Below, one piece after another: positions 1 to 9,033 of a DNA stretch of 64,000 nt (positions are counted from its first letter, which is position 1; each line of letters begins with the position of its first letter). This DNA is from an uncultured Leptospiraceae bacterium (lineage in GTDB: Bacteria > Spirochaetota > Leptospiria > Leptospirales > Leptonemataceae): contig CAZPFB010000012.1 of assembly GCA_964585735.1 (NCBI GenBank), positions 1,937 through 65,936 on the forward strand. Reading direction: 5' to 3'. Position numbers and translations under genes: made by a program. The notes beneath the pieces were generated by a model that saw only the letters and a list, made by a program, of their open reading frames with translations, was not told the origin of the DNA and made no database searches.

Positions 1-507
1 TACCTGACCTCCGAAGCCCCCGCCGTGGTCCAAGCCCGCTTTTCTTCGGAGGTGGTCCCAAATCCGCGGGGGAGCGAGTTTGAGGACCGGGCGGGAACTG
101 TCTTTGTCACAACGGCTACTGGCAAGCGATTCGTGCTGGAGGCGGGATCCGACCAGGGACACGGGGTCCAAGTTCTCTATGGGTGCCGGTACGGGCAGGT
201 CCACGTCAACGAACTGACCGGCTCCATGACTTGGGAGGCACGGCAGACCGAGCACCGGGCATTGCCCACGACCCGTTACGGTTGTCCCGCGGACCGGGGG
301 ACGACCCAGATTGCGCCCGCGGACGTCCTGATGCCGTCACGGAGCGTTCTCGAGGCATTGGTTGGCGGCAGGGGCTATCCGGATGGACGGGACGGGCGGC
401 TGGCCGTCGCCGCTCTGGTGGCGGCATACACCTCGGATGAACGCGGTCATGGTCCGGTTTCGGTGGATTCGCAACTCCCGGCCGGGCGCAGGTTTCCATG
501 GGCTTGA
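1..507 (+). CDS. hypothetical protein, 5' end outside window
   Basis: The frame of listed ORF 25..507 stays open back to position 1, so the gene probably starts upstream of the window. It is on the same strand as the next gene and 12 nt from it. No family recognised by eye. Confidence 0.4.
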   Translation, partial: YLTSEAPAVVQARFSSEVVPNPRGSEFEDRAGTVFVTTATGKRFVLEAGSDQGHGVQVLYGCRYGQVHVNELTGSMTWEARQTEHRALPTTRYGCPADRGTTQIAPADVLMPSRSVLEALVGGRGYPDGRDGRLAVAALVAAYTSDERGHGPVSVDSQLPAGRRFPWA

Positions 508-519
508 AGGGATAGACAG

Positions 520-1245
520 TTGCGCGTTCTGGGACTGATTACGGCACGCGGTGGATCTCGCGGAATCCCCGGCAAGAACCTCAAACCGCTTGCCGGGCGG
601 CCGCTGATTGCACATACGATCGAGGCCGCGCGCGCCAGCCTCCTCGAATGCCTGCTTGTTTCGACGGATCATGACGGGATCGCCAGGACGAGCCTCGAAC
701 TTGGGGCGGAGGTTCCTTTTCGCAGACCTGCGGATCTGGCCCGAGACGATTCCTCGCCTTTGGACGCCGTCATTCATGCCATCCAATGGATGCAGGACCA
801 CGAAGGCCGGAGCTTTGACTATGTGATGCTGCTACAGCCGACGTCTCCTTTTCGCACTTCCCGGGATATCGACTCGGTCATCGACCTCGCCCGTCACCAC
901 CCCGTCGACGCAGTCGTGTCGGTTTGCCCCACACCGCATCATCCCTATTTGGCTCGTCGGATCAATGATGACGGAATCCTTGAGCCTTTTTTCGATTCGG
1001 CCCGTGCGAACATGAGGCGGCAGGAAATGGGACCCGCCTACGTTCTCAACGGCGCCATCTATCTTAACAGCACAGATTCGTTGCTCAACGAGCGGACCTT
1101 CTTTCCCGAACGGACCTTGGCCTACGTGATGCCTCCGGAGCGGTCGTTGGACATTGATACACCCTGGGATTTCTTTCTGGCCGAGCTCATCGGGTCTGCT
1201 CAGGCCCGCGGAGAAGGATTCGACGACTTGGAGGATATTTCATGA
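520..1245 (+). CDS. neuA: acylneuraminate cytidylyltransferase family protein (CMP-nonulosonate synthetase), copy 1
   Basis: The N-terminus MRVLGLITARGGSRGIPGKNLKPLAGRPLI is the classic NeuA/PseF/LegF nucleotide-binding signature. TTG start. The stop overlaps the next start (ATGA). Confidence 0.85.
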   Translation: MRVLGLITARGGSRGIPGKNLKPLAGRPLIAHTIEAARASLLECLLVSTDHDGIARTSLELGAEVPFRRPADLARDDSSPLDAVIHAIQWMQDHEGRSFDYVMLLQPTSPFRTSRDIDSVIDLARHHPVDAVVSVCPTPHHPYLARRINDDGILEPFFDSARANMRRQEMGPAYVLNGAIYLNSTDSLLNERTFFPERTLAYVMPPERSLDIDTPWDFFLAELIGSAQARGEGFDDLEDIS

Positions 1246-2177
1246 AAGTTGCGCTGATCGGGGCGGGCAAGATGGCGCGCGAACACGCGAGGGCCTTCCA
1301 GGCCATCGAAGGCGTGACGATCATCGGAGTGCACAGCCGCACTCCGGCAAGCACCGAAGCGTTCGCGCGCGAAATGGCGATCCCGCTGGTGGCGCGGAGC
1401 ATCGAGGAACTCTACGCGAAGACTACCGCAGACGCGGTTGTGGTGGCCGTTCCCGAGCTGGCCGCACGGGCGGTTTCATTCGAATCGTTCCAGTACCCGT
1501 GGTCGGTGCTGCTCGAGAAGCCTCCGGGCTACGATCTCGCAGATGCGCGCGCCATCGAAGCCGAGGCAAACCGCACCGGCCGCACCGTGTACGTAGCTCT
1601 GAATCGACGTTTTCTTTCCTCCACTCGAGCGGCTTTGGAGGGTCTGCAACAGGATCCCGGACCGCGACTGATTCAGGTGGCCGATCAGGAGAACCGTGCC
1701 GAGGCGCGCTTTCACAACCATCCGGAAACGGTGATCGACAACTGGATGTACGCCAACTCGATCCATCTGGTGGACTATCTTCGCGTGTTCGGTCGAGGTC
1801 GAGTCACGGGCGTGAGGTCGATCATGCCGTGGGAGGGCCCGGAGACCAGGTATGTTGCTGCCTTCTTGGAGTTTGAGAGCGGTGACCGCGCAGGCTACAC
1901 GTGCATCTGGCGGGGACCCGGGCCATGGGCGGTCTCGGTGACGACCGAGAACACGCGATGGGAGATGCGGCCGCTGGAGCAAGCCTCCTATCAACTGGCC
2001 GGAGATCGCACTCTGCACCCGGTCGCGGTCTCCGAATCCGATCGTGCTTTCAAGCCGGGTTTCCTGCTGCAGGCACGGTCCTTGATTCGTGCAATCCGCG
2101 GTGAGGCGTCTGATATTCCTACGATCAAAGAGGCCATGGAAACCATGAGCTTGATTGGTCAGATATACGGGACGTAA
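1242..2177 (+). CDS. Gfo/Idh/MocA-family NAD(P)-dependent oxidoreductase
   Basis: Rossmann N-terminus MKVALIGAGKMAREHARAF and an EKP motif (LLEKPPG), both typical of the family. Embedded among nonulosonate genes. Confidence 0.8.
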   Translation: MKVALIGAGKMAREHARAFQAIEGVTIIGVHSRTPASTEAFAREMAIPLVARSIEELYAKTTADAVVVAVPELAARAVSFESFQYPWSVLLEKPPGYDLADARAIEAEANRTGRTVYVALNRRFLSSTRAALEGLQQDPGPRLIQVADQENRAEARFHNHPETVIDNWMYANSIHLVDYLRVFGRGRVTGVRSIMPWEGPETRYVAAFLEFESGDRAGYTCIWRGPGPWAVSVTTENTRWEMRPLEQASYQLAGDRTLHPVAVSESDRAFKPGFLLQARSLIRAIRGEASDIPTIKEAMETMSLIGQIYGT

Positions 2178-2190
2178 TGAGGAATTGGAC

Positions 2191-2766
2191 TTGAAATCCT
2201 TGGTACTGCTCGGGGGAGGCGGGCACTGTCGCGCGTGCATCGACGTGATAGAGGCCACCGGCCTGTATCGAGTTGCGGGTTACCTGGATCGCGATTCCGG
2301 GCGGGAGGCCATTTTCGGGTACCCCCGAATTGGCACGGATGACGCGATCCCCCTAGCAGTGAGCGAGGGCTGTGTTTTCCTCGTGGCCGTCGGACAAATT
2401 GGAGACGCAGCAGTCCGCATCGACCTCTTTGCGCGGCTACGCAATCTCGGAGCCGAAATGGCCACAGTCGTTTCGCCTCGCGCCCACGTATCCCGGCACG
2501 CCCGCCTTGGGGCCGGAACCATCGTGATGCACGGGGCTTTGGTTGGCCCGGGGGCGGTTGTGGGCCAGAATTGCATCGTCAACAGTGCTGCAATTGTGGA
2601 ACATGATGCCGTGGTCGGGGACCACTGCCACATCTCAACCGGCGCCATCATCAATGGCGGAGTGGTGGTTGGCGCCGGGTCCTTCGTGGGAAGCGGAGCT
2701 GTGTCAAAGCAGGGCGCTGAACTGCCCGGTGACTCCTTCGTAAGAGCGCTGAGCCTGATCCGATGA
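2191..2766 (+). CDS. neuD: NeuD/PglD-type hexapeptide-repeat sugar acetyltransferase
   Basis: LVLLGGGGHCRACIDVIE N-domain followed by left-handed beta-helix repeats (GAGTIVMHGALVGPGAVVGQNCIVNSAAIVEHDAVVGDHCHISTGAIINGGVVVG). Start placed at TTG 2191, behind GAGGAA. The listed start 2155 would overlap the upstream gene. Confidence 0.8.
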   Translation: MKSLVLLGGGGHCRACIDVIEATGLYRVAGYLDRDSGREAIFGYPRIGTDDAIPLAVSEGCVFLVAVGQIGDAAVRIDLFARLRNLGAEMATVVSPRAHVSRHARLGAGTIVMHGALVGPGAVVGQNCIVNSAAIVEHDAVVGDHCHISTGAIINGGVVVGAGSFVGSGAVSKQGAELPGDSFVRALSLIR

Positions 2767-3773
2767 AGAGTGTTCTTATCATCGCTGAGGCCGGGGTGAA
2801 CCACAACGGGGACCTGGCCACGGCCTTGGGGCTGGTCGAGTCGGCCGCTGAGTGCGGAGCCGACGCCGTGAAATTCCAGTCCTTCATACCCGATCAGGTC
2901 GCGTCGGCTGGCGCTCAGCTGGCGCAATACCAGAAAGAGGGTATGCCAGTCGAGCCGGCATCACAGCTCGAGATGCTGCGGAGTCTGGCACTTTCGGAAG
3001 AAGACCATGAGCGCCTCGTGGCTCGCTGTCGAGCCTGCGGGTTGCAGTTCATGTCCACCCCCTTTGACATCCCCAGTGTCGACCTGCTGGACCGTCTCGA
3101 CGTTTCCATTTTCAAAGTGGCATCAGGGGAGATAACAAACCTATTCTTGTTGCGCAGGATTGCACGCCTGCGGAAGCCCTTGCTGGTCTCGACGGGGATG
3201 TCGAGCCTGCGGGATGTCGAGGCGGCGCTGGACGTCCTCTTCGAGGCGGGTGTAGCCCGCGGCCACGTGACGCTCATGCATGCGACGACGCAGTATCCAA
3301 CTGCATACCCTGACGTCAACCTGAGAGCCATGCAGACCCTCCGTAATGCTTTCCATGTCGAGGTGGGCTATTCCGACCATACGCTTGGGATAGAAGTCGC
3401 GCTGGCGGCCGTGGCCATGGGCGCCACCGTAATCGAGAAGCACTTTACTCTGGACCGTGATCAACCTGGCCCCGATCACCGGGCTTCCCTGGACCCGGGC
3501 GGCATGAGGGCACTCGTGACCGGCATTCGCAATGTTGAGTCTGCTCTGGGGGACGGCATCAAGCGTCCTGCGCCAAGCGAACTTCCGAATCGTGCCGTTG
3601 CTCGCAGGAGTCTGGTCGCGCGGCGTGCCATAGCGACGGGCGAGGCCTTCTCGGAGGAGAACGTGACGGCAAAGCGTCCAGGGACCGGCATGTCTCCCAT
3701 GCGCTGGGATGAAGTCCTGGGGCGGTTGGCCCACCGGTCGTTCGAGCAGGACGAGCTGATTTCGGACCGCTGA
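2763..3773 (+). CDS. neuB: NeuB-family nonulosonic acid (N-acetylneuraminate/legionaminate/pseudaminate) synthase
   Basis: IIAEAGVNHNGDL...ADAVKFQSF TIM-barrel signature plus a C-terminal SAF-like domain (RRSLVARRAIATGEAFSEENV). ATGA overlap with the upstream gene. Confidence 0.9.
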   Translation: MKSVLIIAEAGVNHNGDLATALGLVESAAECGADAVKFQSFIPDQVASAGAQLAQYQKEGMPVEPASQLEMLRSLALSEEDHERLVARCRACGLQFMSTPFDIPSVDLLDRLDVSIFKVASGEITNLFLLRRIARLRKPLLVSTGMSSLRDVEAALDVLFEAGVARGHVTLMHATTQYPTAYPDVNLRAMQTLRNAFHVEVGYSDHTLGIEVALAAVAMGATVIEKHFTLDRDQPGPDHRASLDPGGMRALVTGIRNVESALGDGIKRPAPSELPNRAVARRSLVARRAIATGEAFSEENVTAKRPGTGMSPMRWDEVLGRLAHRSFEQDELISDR

Positions 3774-3815
3774 TTGCAAGCGTGCTCTACGGATGGTGAG
3801 CTTGCCCGCCGGATC

Positions 3816-5009
3816 ATGAGTCATCACAAAGTAGTAGTTGCCACCGGTACACGCGCGGAATACGGGCTGCTGAAGCGTCTGATTCAGCTGCTGCAGGCCG
3901 AGCCGAACTTCACTGCGGAGATCCTCGTCACCGGTACGCACCTTTCGCCGGAGTTCGGAATGACTCGCAACGAGATCTTGCGGGACGGGTTGCCGGTTGG
4001 CGCGACCGTCGAAATGCTCCTCTCCAGCGACTCACCGCTGGGTGTCGCCAAGTCGACGGGGTTGGGGCTCATCGGATTTGCCGATGCCCTGGACCGCCTG
4101 CAACCGGATCTCCTGATTGTTCTCGGAGACCGCTTTGAAATGCTGGCGGCCGCTACAGCCGCCATGCTCATGAGAGTCCCGATCGGCCACATTCACGGGG
4201 GCGAACTCACCGAGGGCGCGCTGGATGACGCCATTCGACACAGCATTACAAAAATGTCGATCCTGCACTTCACGGCCGCGGAGGAGTATCGTCGTCGTGT
4301 CATTCAGCTCGGTGAATCTCCTTCAACTGTCTTCACTGTCGGCGGGTTGGGCGTGGACAGTGTCGTGCACGGAGACCTGCTGGACGCATCGACCCTCGCC
4401 TCGGTCTTGGGCGTGACCATGGGCAAGAGAAACCTATTGGTGACCTTTCACCCGGCCACCCTGGAGTCGACCGCACCCGGGGAGCAAATGGGCGAAATGC
4501 TCCGCGCCTTAGGCCGACTTGTCTCCGGTGACGAGCATCTTCACGTCTTCTTTACGCATCCGAATGCGGACTCAGGGGGTCGCCTGATCAGCCAGCGAAT
4601 CCGCGAATTCTGCGCCGAGCGACCGGGCCGCTGTTGGGAGTTCGTTTCATTGGGCACTCAGCGCTACCTGTCCCTCCTGCGCCACGCCGATGTTGTTGTT
4701 GGCAACTCCTCCAGCGGCCTGCTCGAGGCGCCGAGCTTGGGGACCGCAACCGTCAACATCGGCAGCCGACAGGCCGGCCGCCTTCGGGCGGAGAGTGTCA
4801 TCGACTGTGAGCCCGAGGCCGAGGCTATCCTGGGCGCCGTGCGGGAGGCCTACAGTGACGCGTTCCGGCGACGCGTCGTGGACGCAAGAAACCCTTACGG
4901 CGACGGCGGGGCCAGCCAGAGAATTGTGGCGCTCCTCAAGGAGCGGCTGCCGATCCGGAATCTGCGGAAGCGCTTCCTGGACCTGCCGCTGACCGTCCCC
5001 GCCGGATAG
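3816..5009 (+). CDS. neuC: UDP-N-acetylglucosamine 2-epimerase, hydrolysing type (NeuC/LegG-like)
   Basis: VVVATGTRAEYGLLKRLI, GTHLSPEFG, LGDRFE and HIHGGE motifs. Start placed at ATG 3816 (MSHHK) rather than the listed 3774. Confidence 0.9.
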   Translation: MSHHKVVVATGTRAEYGLLKRLIQLLQAEPNFTAEILVTGTHLSPEFGMTRNEILRDGLPVGATVEMLLSSDSPLGVAKSTGLGLIGFADALDRLQPDLLIVLGDRFEMLAAATAAMLMRVPIGHIHGGELTEGALDDAIRHSITKMSILHFTAAEEYRRRVIQLGESPSTVFTVGGLGVDSVVHGDLLDASTLASVLGVTMGKRNLLVTFHPATLESTAPGEQMGEMLRALGRLVSGDEHLHVFFTHPNADSGGRLISQRIREFCAERPGRCWEFVSLGTQRYLSLLRHADVVVGNSSSGLLEAPSLGTATVNIGSRQAGRLRAESVIDCEPEAEAILGAVREAYSDAFRRRVVDARNPYGDGGASQRIVALLKERLPIRNLRKRFLDLPLTVPAG

Positions 5010-5011
5010 AG

Positions 5012-5977
5012 ATGGTGGACTGGCGCGACATGAGGATCCTCGTGGTTGGTCTGGGGTCCATAGGCCGGAGGCACATTGCCAACCTGCGCCGTCTCGGATG
5101 CCGTCGGCTCGCGGTACTTCGGCGTCCGGAGTCGCCGCCTCCGTCTGAACCGATAGATAACGATGTGACCTGTCTCATAACTTCGGCCGAGGGGGAATCG
5201 TGGGAGCCGCAGGCTGTCATTGTGGCCAGCGTGACCTCGGCGCACTCAGCTACGGTTCGTTGGGCCTTGCAGCTGCATGCGCATGTGTTCGTGGAAAAGC
5301 CCGCGGCGGTCCGGCCGAGCGAGCTGGCGGGACTGTCCGAACAAGCGCGAAAGCGCGGGTTAGTCGTGGGGGTCGGATACAACCTCCGGTTCCATCCGGC
5401 ACTCGAGATGATACGGGACGCAGTCCTGTCGGGTCGCTACGGCAGACCTCTTTACATGAGGAGCGAAGTCGGCTCGTACCTTCCCGATTGGCATCCGTGG
5501 ACTGACTACCGTAGCGCCTACTCCGGTCGCTTGGACCTGGGCGGCGGGGCCGCCCTGACACTCATCCACGAGATCGACTACACGCTGTGGATTTTGGGAG
5601 CCGTTCGGGTGACGGCTGGCCGAATTGCGCAGCTTCCTGCACTCGAGATGGCCGCGGACAATCTCTGCGAGCTGACCTGCGAGCATGAATCTGGTGTTCT
5701 TTCATCTATTCACATGGACTTTCTTGATCGCGGCCACCTCCGTCGGTGCCGCTGCGTTCTGGCAGATGGAACACTGGAGTGGACCCATGGCCAGTCTCTG
5801 AAGCTGGAGACAGGCTCCTCGACGACGGTTCTCTGGAACGGGCAAGGCTTCGACATGAACGCAACATATTTAGACGAATTGGCCGACTTTTTCATGGCCG
5901 TTCAAGATGGCCGGGAAAGCCGTGCCACGCTCGGCGACGCCAAGGCTGCGTTAGAGGTCATCAATGCGGTTCGGTAA
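5012..5977 (+). CDS. Gfo/Idh/MocA-family oxidoreductase (PtmF-like context)
   Basis: MRILVVGLGSIGRRHIANL Rossmann N-terminus and a VFVEKPAA motif. Sits between neuC and the second cytidylyltransferase. Confidence 0.75.
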   Translation: MVDWRDMRILVVGLGSIGRRHIANLRRLGCRRLAVLRRPESPPPSEPIDNDVTCLITSAEGESWEPQAVIVASVTSAHSATVRWALQLHAHVFVEKPAAVRPSELAGLSEQARKRGLVVGVGYNLRFHPALEMIRDAVLSGRYGRPLYMRSEVGSYLPDWHPWTDYRSAYSGRLDLGGGAALTLIHEIDYTLWILGAVRVTAGRIAQLPALEMAADNLCELTCEHESGVLSSIHMDFLDRGHLRRCRCVLADGTLEWTHGQSLKLETGSSTTVLWNGQGFDMNATYLDELADFFMAVQDGRESRATLGDAKAALEVINAVR

Positions 5978-6698
5978 AACCTTGGCCTTGATTCCGGCCA
6001 GGAGCGGCTCCAAAGGGCTGCCGGGAAAGAACATTCGCCCTTTGCGTGGCCTTCCGTTGATTGCGCACTCCATTCTTCTGGCCAAGATGTGTTCCTCCAT
6101 TGCGCGAGTTGTCGTTTCGACGGACGGCCCGGAGATCGCGGAGGTGGCCGGCCGCTACGGCGCCGAGGTACCGTTCATACGACCTCCCGAACTTGCCGCC
6201 GACGACACTCCAATGTGGGCCGTGGTACGCCACGCGATGGAAACGCTGGATCCGAACGGAGAGTATGCGCAATTGCTTCTATTGGATCCAACGACGCCCG
6301 GGCGGCTCCCCTCTGACGTGGAGGGGGGGTTGGCGCAACTGAGCCGGACGAAGGAAGCGGACGGTGTCATCGGCGTTTCTGTTCCGGACTTCAACCCGAT
6401 TTGGCACTGTGTCACGTCCAGTGACGGGTGGATGGAGGACTTTTCCGAGAGTGCCGCGAGCTTCTCGCGTCGGCAGGACCTGCCAACCGTCTACCGAATA
6501 AACGCATCTCTGTACGTTTGGAGAAGGGAGTTCATTGTAGCGAATGCAGAGACTTGGAGGAAGGGGCGCCTCCTGCTCCAGGTGGTTCCCGAAGTCCGCT
6601 CCATTCACGTGGACACCCTCGACGAGTTTCGCATGCTGGAAGCGTGCCTGTCGTCTGGTCTCATAGAATTTCCTTGGTTGCAGGGCGTTGAGGACTGA
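5964..6698 (+). CDS. acylneuraminate cytidylyltransferase family protein, copy 2
   Basis: ALIPARSGSKGLPGKNIRPLRGLPLIAHSI carries the same signature as copy 1. Overlaps the upstream gene by 14 nt. Confidence 0.85.
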   Translation: MRFGKTLALIPARSGSKGLPGKNIRPLRGLPLIAHSILLAKMCSSIARVVVSTDGPEIAEVAGRYGAEVPFIRPPELAADDTPMWAVVRHAMETLDPNGEYAQLLLLDPTTPGRLPSDVEGGLAQLSRTKEADGVIGVSVPDFNPIWHCVTSSDGWMEDFSESAASFSRRQDLPTVYRINASLYVWRREFIVANAETWRKGRLLLQVVPEVRSIHVDTLDEFRMLEACLSSGLIEFPWLQGVED

Positions 6699-6700
6699 TT

Positions 6701-7507
6701 GTGCGCGACGTGAGGGATTTGATGGACTTGGCGGGTCGCAAGGCCCTCATCTCGGGAGGGGCAGGGCATATTGGGCGTGCGACCGCCGAGACCCTGGTTG
6801 AGCTGGGAGCGGAGGTGCTTCTCTTAGACCGAAACCACAGTCAGGCTCAGGAGACCGTCGACGCTCTTCACCTGCGCCGAAGCGGGTGCGCCCAACTCGT
6901 GGACTGCGACTTCTTAGCCCCAGAGGCACAGGTGCGTGCCGACATCCGTCGGGCGGTCGCACTCATCGGAGGTGTTGATATCCTGATCCACGCAGCGGCC
7001 TTTGTGGCCACCACGGATCGATCGGGCTGGAGTGTGTCTTTTGAGCACCAGTCCGTGGGGGCTTTGGAGGCGGCGCTGCGCACGAACGTGACCGCGGCCT
7101 TCGTGCTCGTTCAGGAATGTGCCCCCTTCCTTGCCAGATCGGGGCACGGGTCGGTCCTCTTGATTTCGTCCATCTATGGCCTCGTGGGGCCGCAGATGGG
7201 CCTCTATGAAGGCACCAAGATGGCCAATCCCGTGGGATACGGGGCCACGAAAGGCGGACTCAACCAACTGGGCCGCTATCTCGCCACGATCTTGGCCCCT
7301 GCGATAAGGGTTAATGTACTATCTCCGGGCGGCGTATGGCGCAATCAACCGGAGGTCTTTCATGACCGCTACGTTTCGCGCACGCCGCTCGGCCGGATGG
7401 CGACCGAAGAAGACCTGAAAGGGGCTATTGCGTATCTGTCGTCAGACCTTTCGGCCTACGTGACCGGACACAACTTGGTCGTCGATGGCGGCTGGACGAC
7501 TTGGTAG
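6701..7507 (+). CDS. short-chain dehydrogenase/reductase (SDR; PtmA-like context)
   Basis: ALISGGAGHIGRATAETL glycine-rich NAD site and a YGATKGGL (YxxxK) catalytic motif. Confidence 0.85.
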   Translation: MRDVRDLMDLAGRKALISGGAGHIGRATAETLVELGAEVLLLDRNHSQAQETVDALHLRRSGCAQLVDCDFLAPEAQVRADIRRAVALIGGVDILIHAAAFVATTDRSGWSVSFEHQSVGALEAALRTNVTAAFVLVQECAPFLARSGHGSVLLISSIYGLVGPQMGLYEGTKMANPVGYGATKGGLNQLGRYLATILAPAIRVNVLSPGGVWRNQPEVFHDRYVSRTPLGRMATEEDLKGAIAYLSSDLSAYVTGHNLVVDGGWTTW

Positions 7508-7522
7508 GCAGGGAGCTCGGAA

Positions 7523-8368
7523 TTGTATCGTCGAATCATTGCGCGCTTGGACATCAAGGGACCGAATCTGGTGAAGGGGATTCACCTTGAGGGCCTGCGT
7601 GTGCTCGGCGCGCCCGAAGCGTTCGCGAAGTACTACTATGAAAACGGTATCGACGAGTTGATCTACCAGGATGTTGTGGCCAGCCTCTACCAGAGAAACA
7701 GCCTGCGCGAGATCATCAGCAGGACCGCAAAAAGCATCTTTGTTCCCCTTGCGGTTGGCGGGGGCATACGTACTCTCAACGATATCAACGACGTCCTTCG
7801 CGCCGGTGCTGATAAAGTCTGCATAAACACCGCGGCAATACAGAATCCCGATTTCATTCGCCTTGCTGCGCGGCGGTTTGGCTCCTCTACGATTCAGGTG
7901 GCCATTGAGGCACACAAAGAGAGGGAGGGTCGGTTTCTTGCGTACACGGATAACGGAAGGGAATGGACAGGTGTGGAAGTGGGCGAGTGGGCTGAACGGG
8001 CCGCCGAGCTGGGAGCGGGTGAGATCTGCATCACCTCGATCGATCGGGAGGGGACCGGCGAGGGCTTTGATCTGGAGCTCTGTCAATTGGTGGCCAGTAG
8101 GGTGTCCATTCCGGTCATTGCACACGGCGGCTGCGGCAGTGCGGAGCATGCGGTTTCCGCGTTTGAGCGCACCGGGGTTTCTGCGATCGCGATCGCATCG
8201 GTCCTGCACTATGAGTCCATGGAGCGCAATGCCGCTGGTTTTGTTGCCCCGGAGGAGGGCAACACGCGCTTTCTGGAGAGCGGTGTTCGATTCGACAAGG
8301 TTCGCCCCTTGACGATTCAGTCCATCAAGAAGGCTTTGGCGGGCAGCAACATCGCTTGTCGGTTGTGA
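7523..8368 (+). CDS. hisF: HisF-like imidazole glycerol phosphate synthase cyclase-subunit paralog (WbuZ-type)
   Basis: RIIARLDIKGPNLVKG, DELIYQDV, AVGGGIRT and ADKVCINTAA motifs of the HisF (beta/alpha)8 barrel. It sits in a glycan cluster, not a his operon. Confidence 0.85.
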   Translation: MYRRIIARLDIKGPNLVKGIHLEGLRVLGAPEAFAKYYYENGIDELIYQDVVASLYQRNSLREIISRTAKSIFVPLAVGGGIRTLNDINDVLRAGADKVCINTAAIQNPDFIRLAARRFGSSTIQVAIEAHKEREGRFLAYTDNGREWTGVEVGEWAERAAELGAGEICITSIDREGTGEGFDLELCQLVASRVSIPVIAHGGCGSAEHAVSAFERTGVSAIAIASVLHYESMERNAAGFVAPEEGNTRFLESGVRFDKVRPLTIQSIKKALAGSNIACRL

Positions 8369-9033
8369 TGGACTTTGACACAGCAATCGTAGATTGCCAG
8401 CTGGGCAATCTTTTCAGCGTGAGTCACGCCTGTCGTGCAGTTGGCCTGAGGCCGCTCGTCACGTCCGACGCTGGTCACATCATGCGGGCGAAAGCCGTGA
8501 TCCTGCCGGGCGTAGGCGCATTCGGGGACGCTATGACGAGCATCTCTTCTCTGGGTTTGGGGTCGGTGTTGGTTGACTACGCGGCCACTGGTCGGCCCCT
8601 AATAGGGATTTGCCTCGGGATGCAATTGCTTATGGATGAGAGCGAAGAGTTCGGGACTCACAAAGGTCTTGGTTTGATTGCAGGAGTGGTCAAGCGCCTC
8701 CCGGCATCCCACGCTGGAATGCAGTTGCGGGTTCCAAACATGGGGTGGAGCCCGATCCATGCCGCCCGCGGTGACTGGACCGGGACTCCGTTGGAGGACA
8801 ACTTGGACAATGATTTCATGTATTTCGTTCATTCCTACTACGTGCAGCCGAGCAATGGGCCCGATGTTTGTGCCGTTTCGGAGTTCGGAGGCTTTTCATT
8901 CTGCTCCGCCCTTTCGAAGGGAAATGTGTTTGCCGCGCAGTTTCACCCCGAGAAGAGCGGGCACGCGGGACTGAAGTTGTATCGGTGCCTGGCCCGGCTG
9001 GTTTCCGGGGATCCGGAAAGGGGCGTGCTGTGA
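8368..9033 (+). CDS. hisH: HisH-like class I glutamine amidotransferase paralog (WbuY-type)
   Basis: ILPGVGAFG, GICLGMQLL (nucleophile Cys), FVHSYY and QFHPEKS motifs. ATG 8368 overlaps the hisF-like stop (TGATG). Confidence 0.85.
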   Translation: MDFDTAIVDCQLGNLFSVSHACRAVGLRPLVTSDAGHIMRAKAVILPGVGAFGDAMTSISSLGLGSVLVDYAATGRPLIGICLGMQLLMDESEEFGTHKGLGLIAGVVKRLPASHAGMQLRVPNMGWSPIHAARGDWTGTPLEDNLDNDFMYFVHSYYVQPSNGPDVCAVSEFGGFSFCSALSKGNVFAAQFHPEKSGHAGLKLYRCLARLVSGDPERGVL

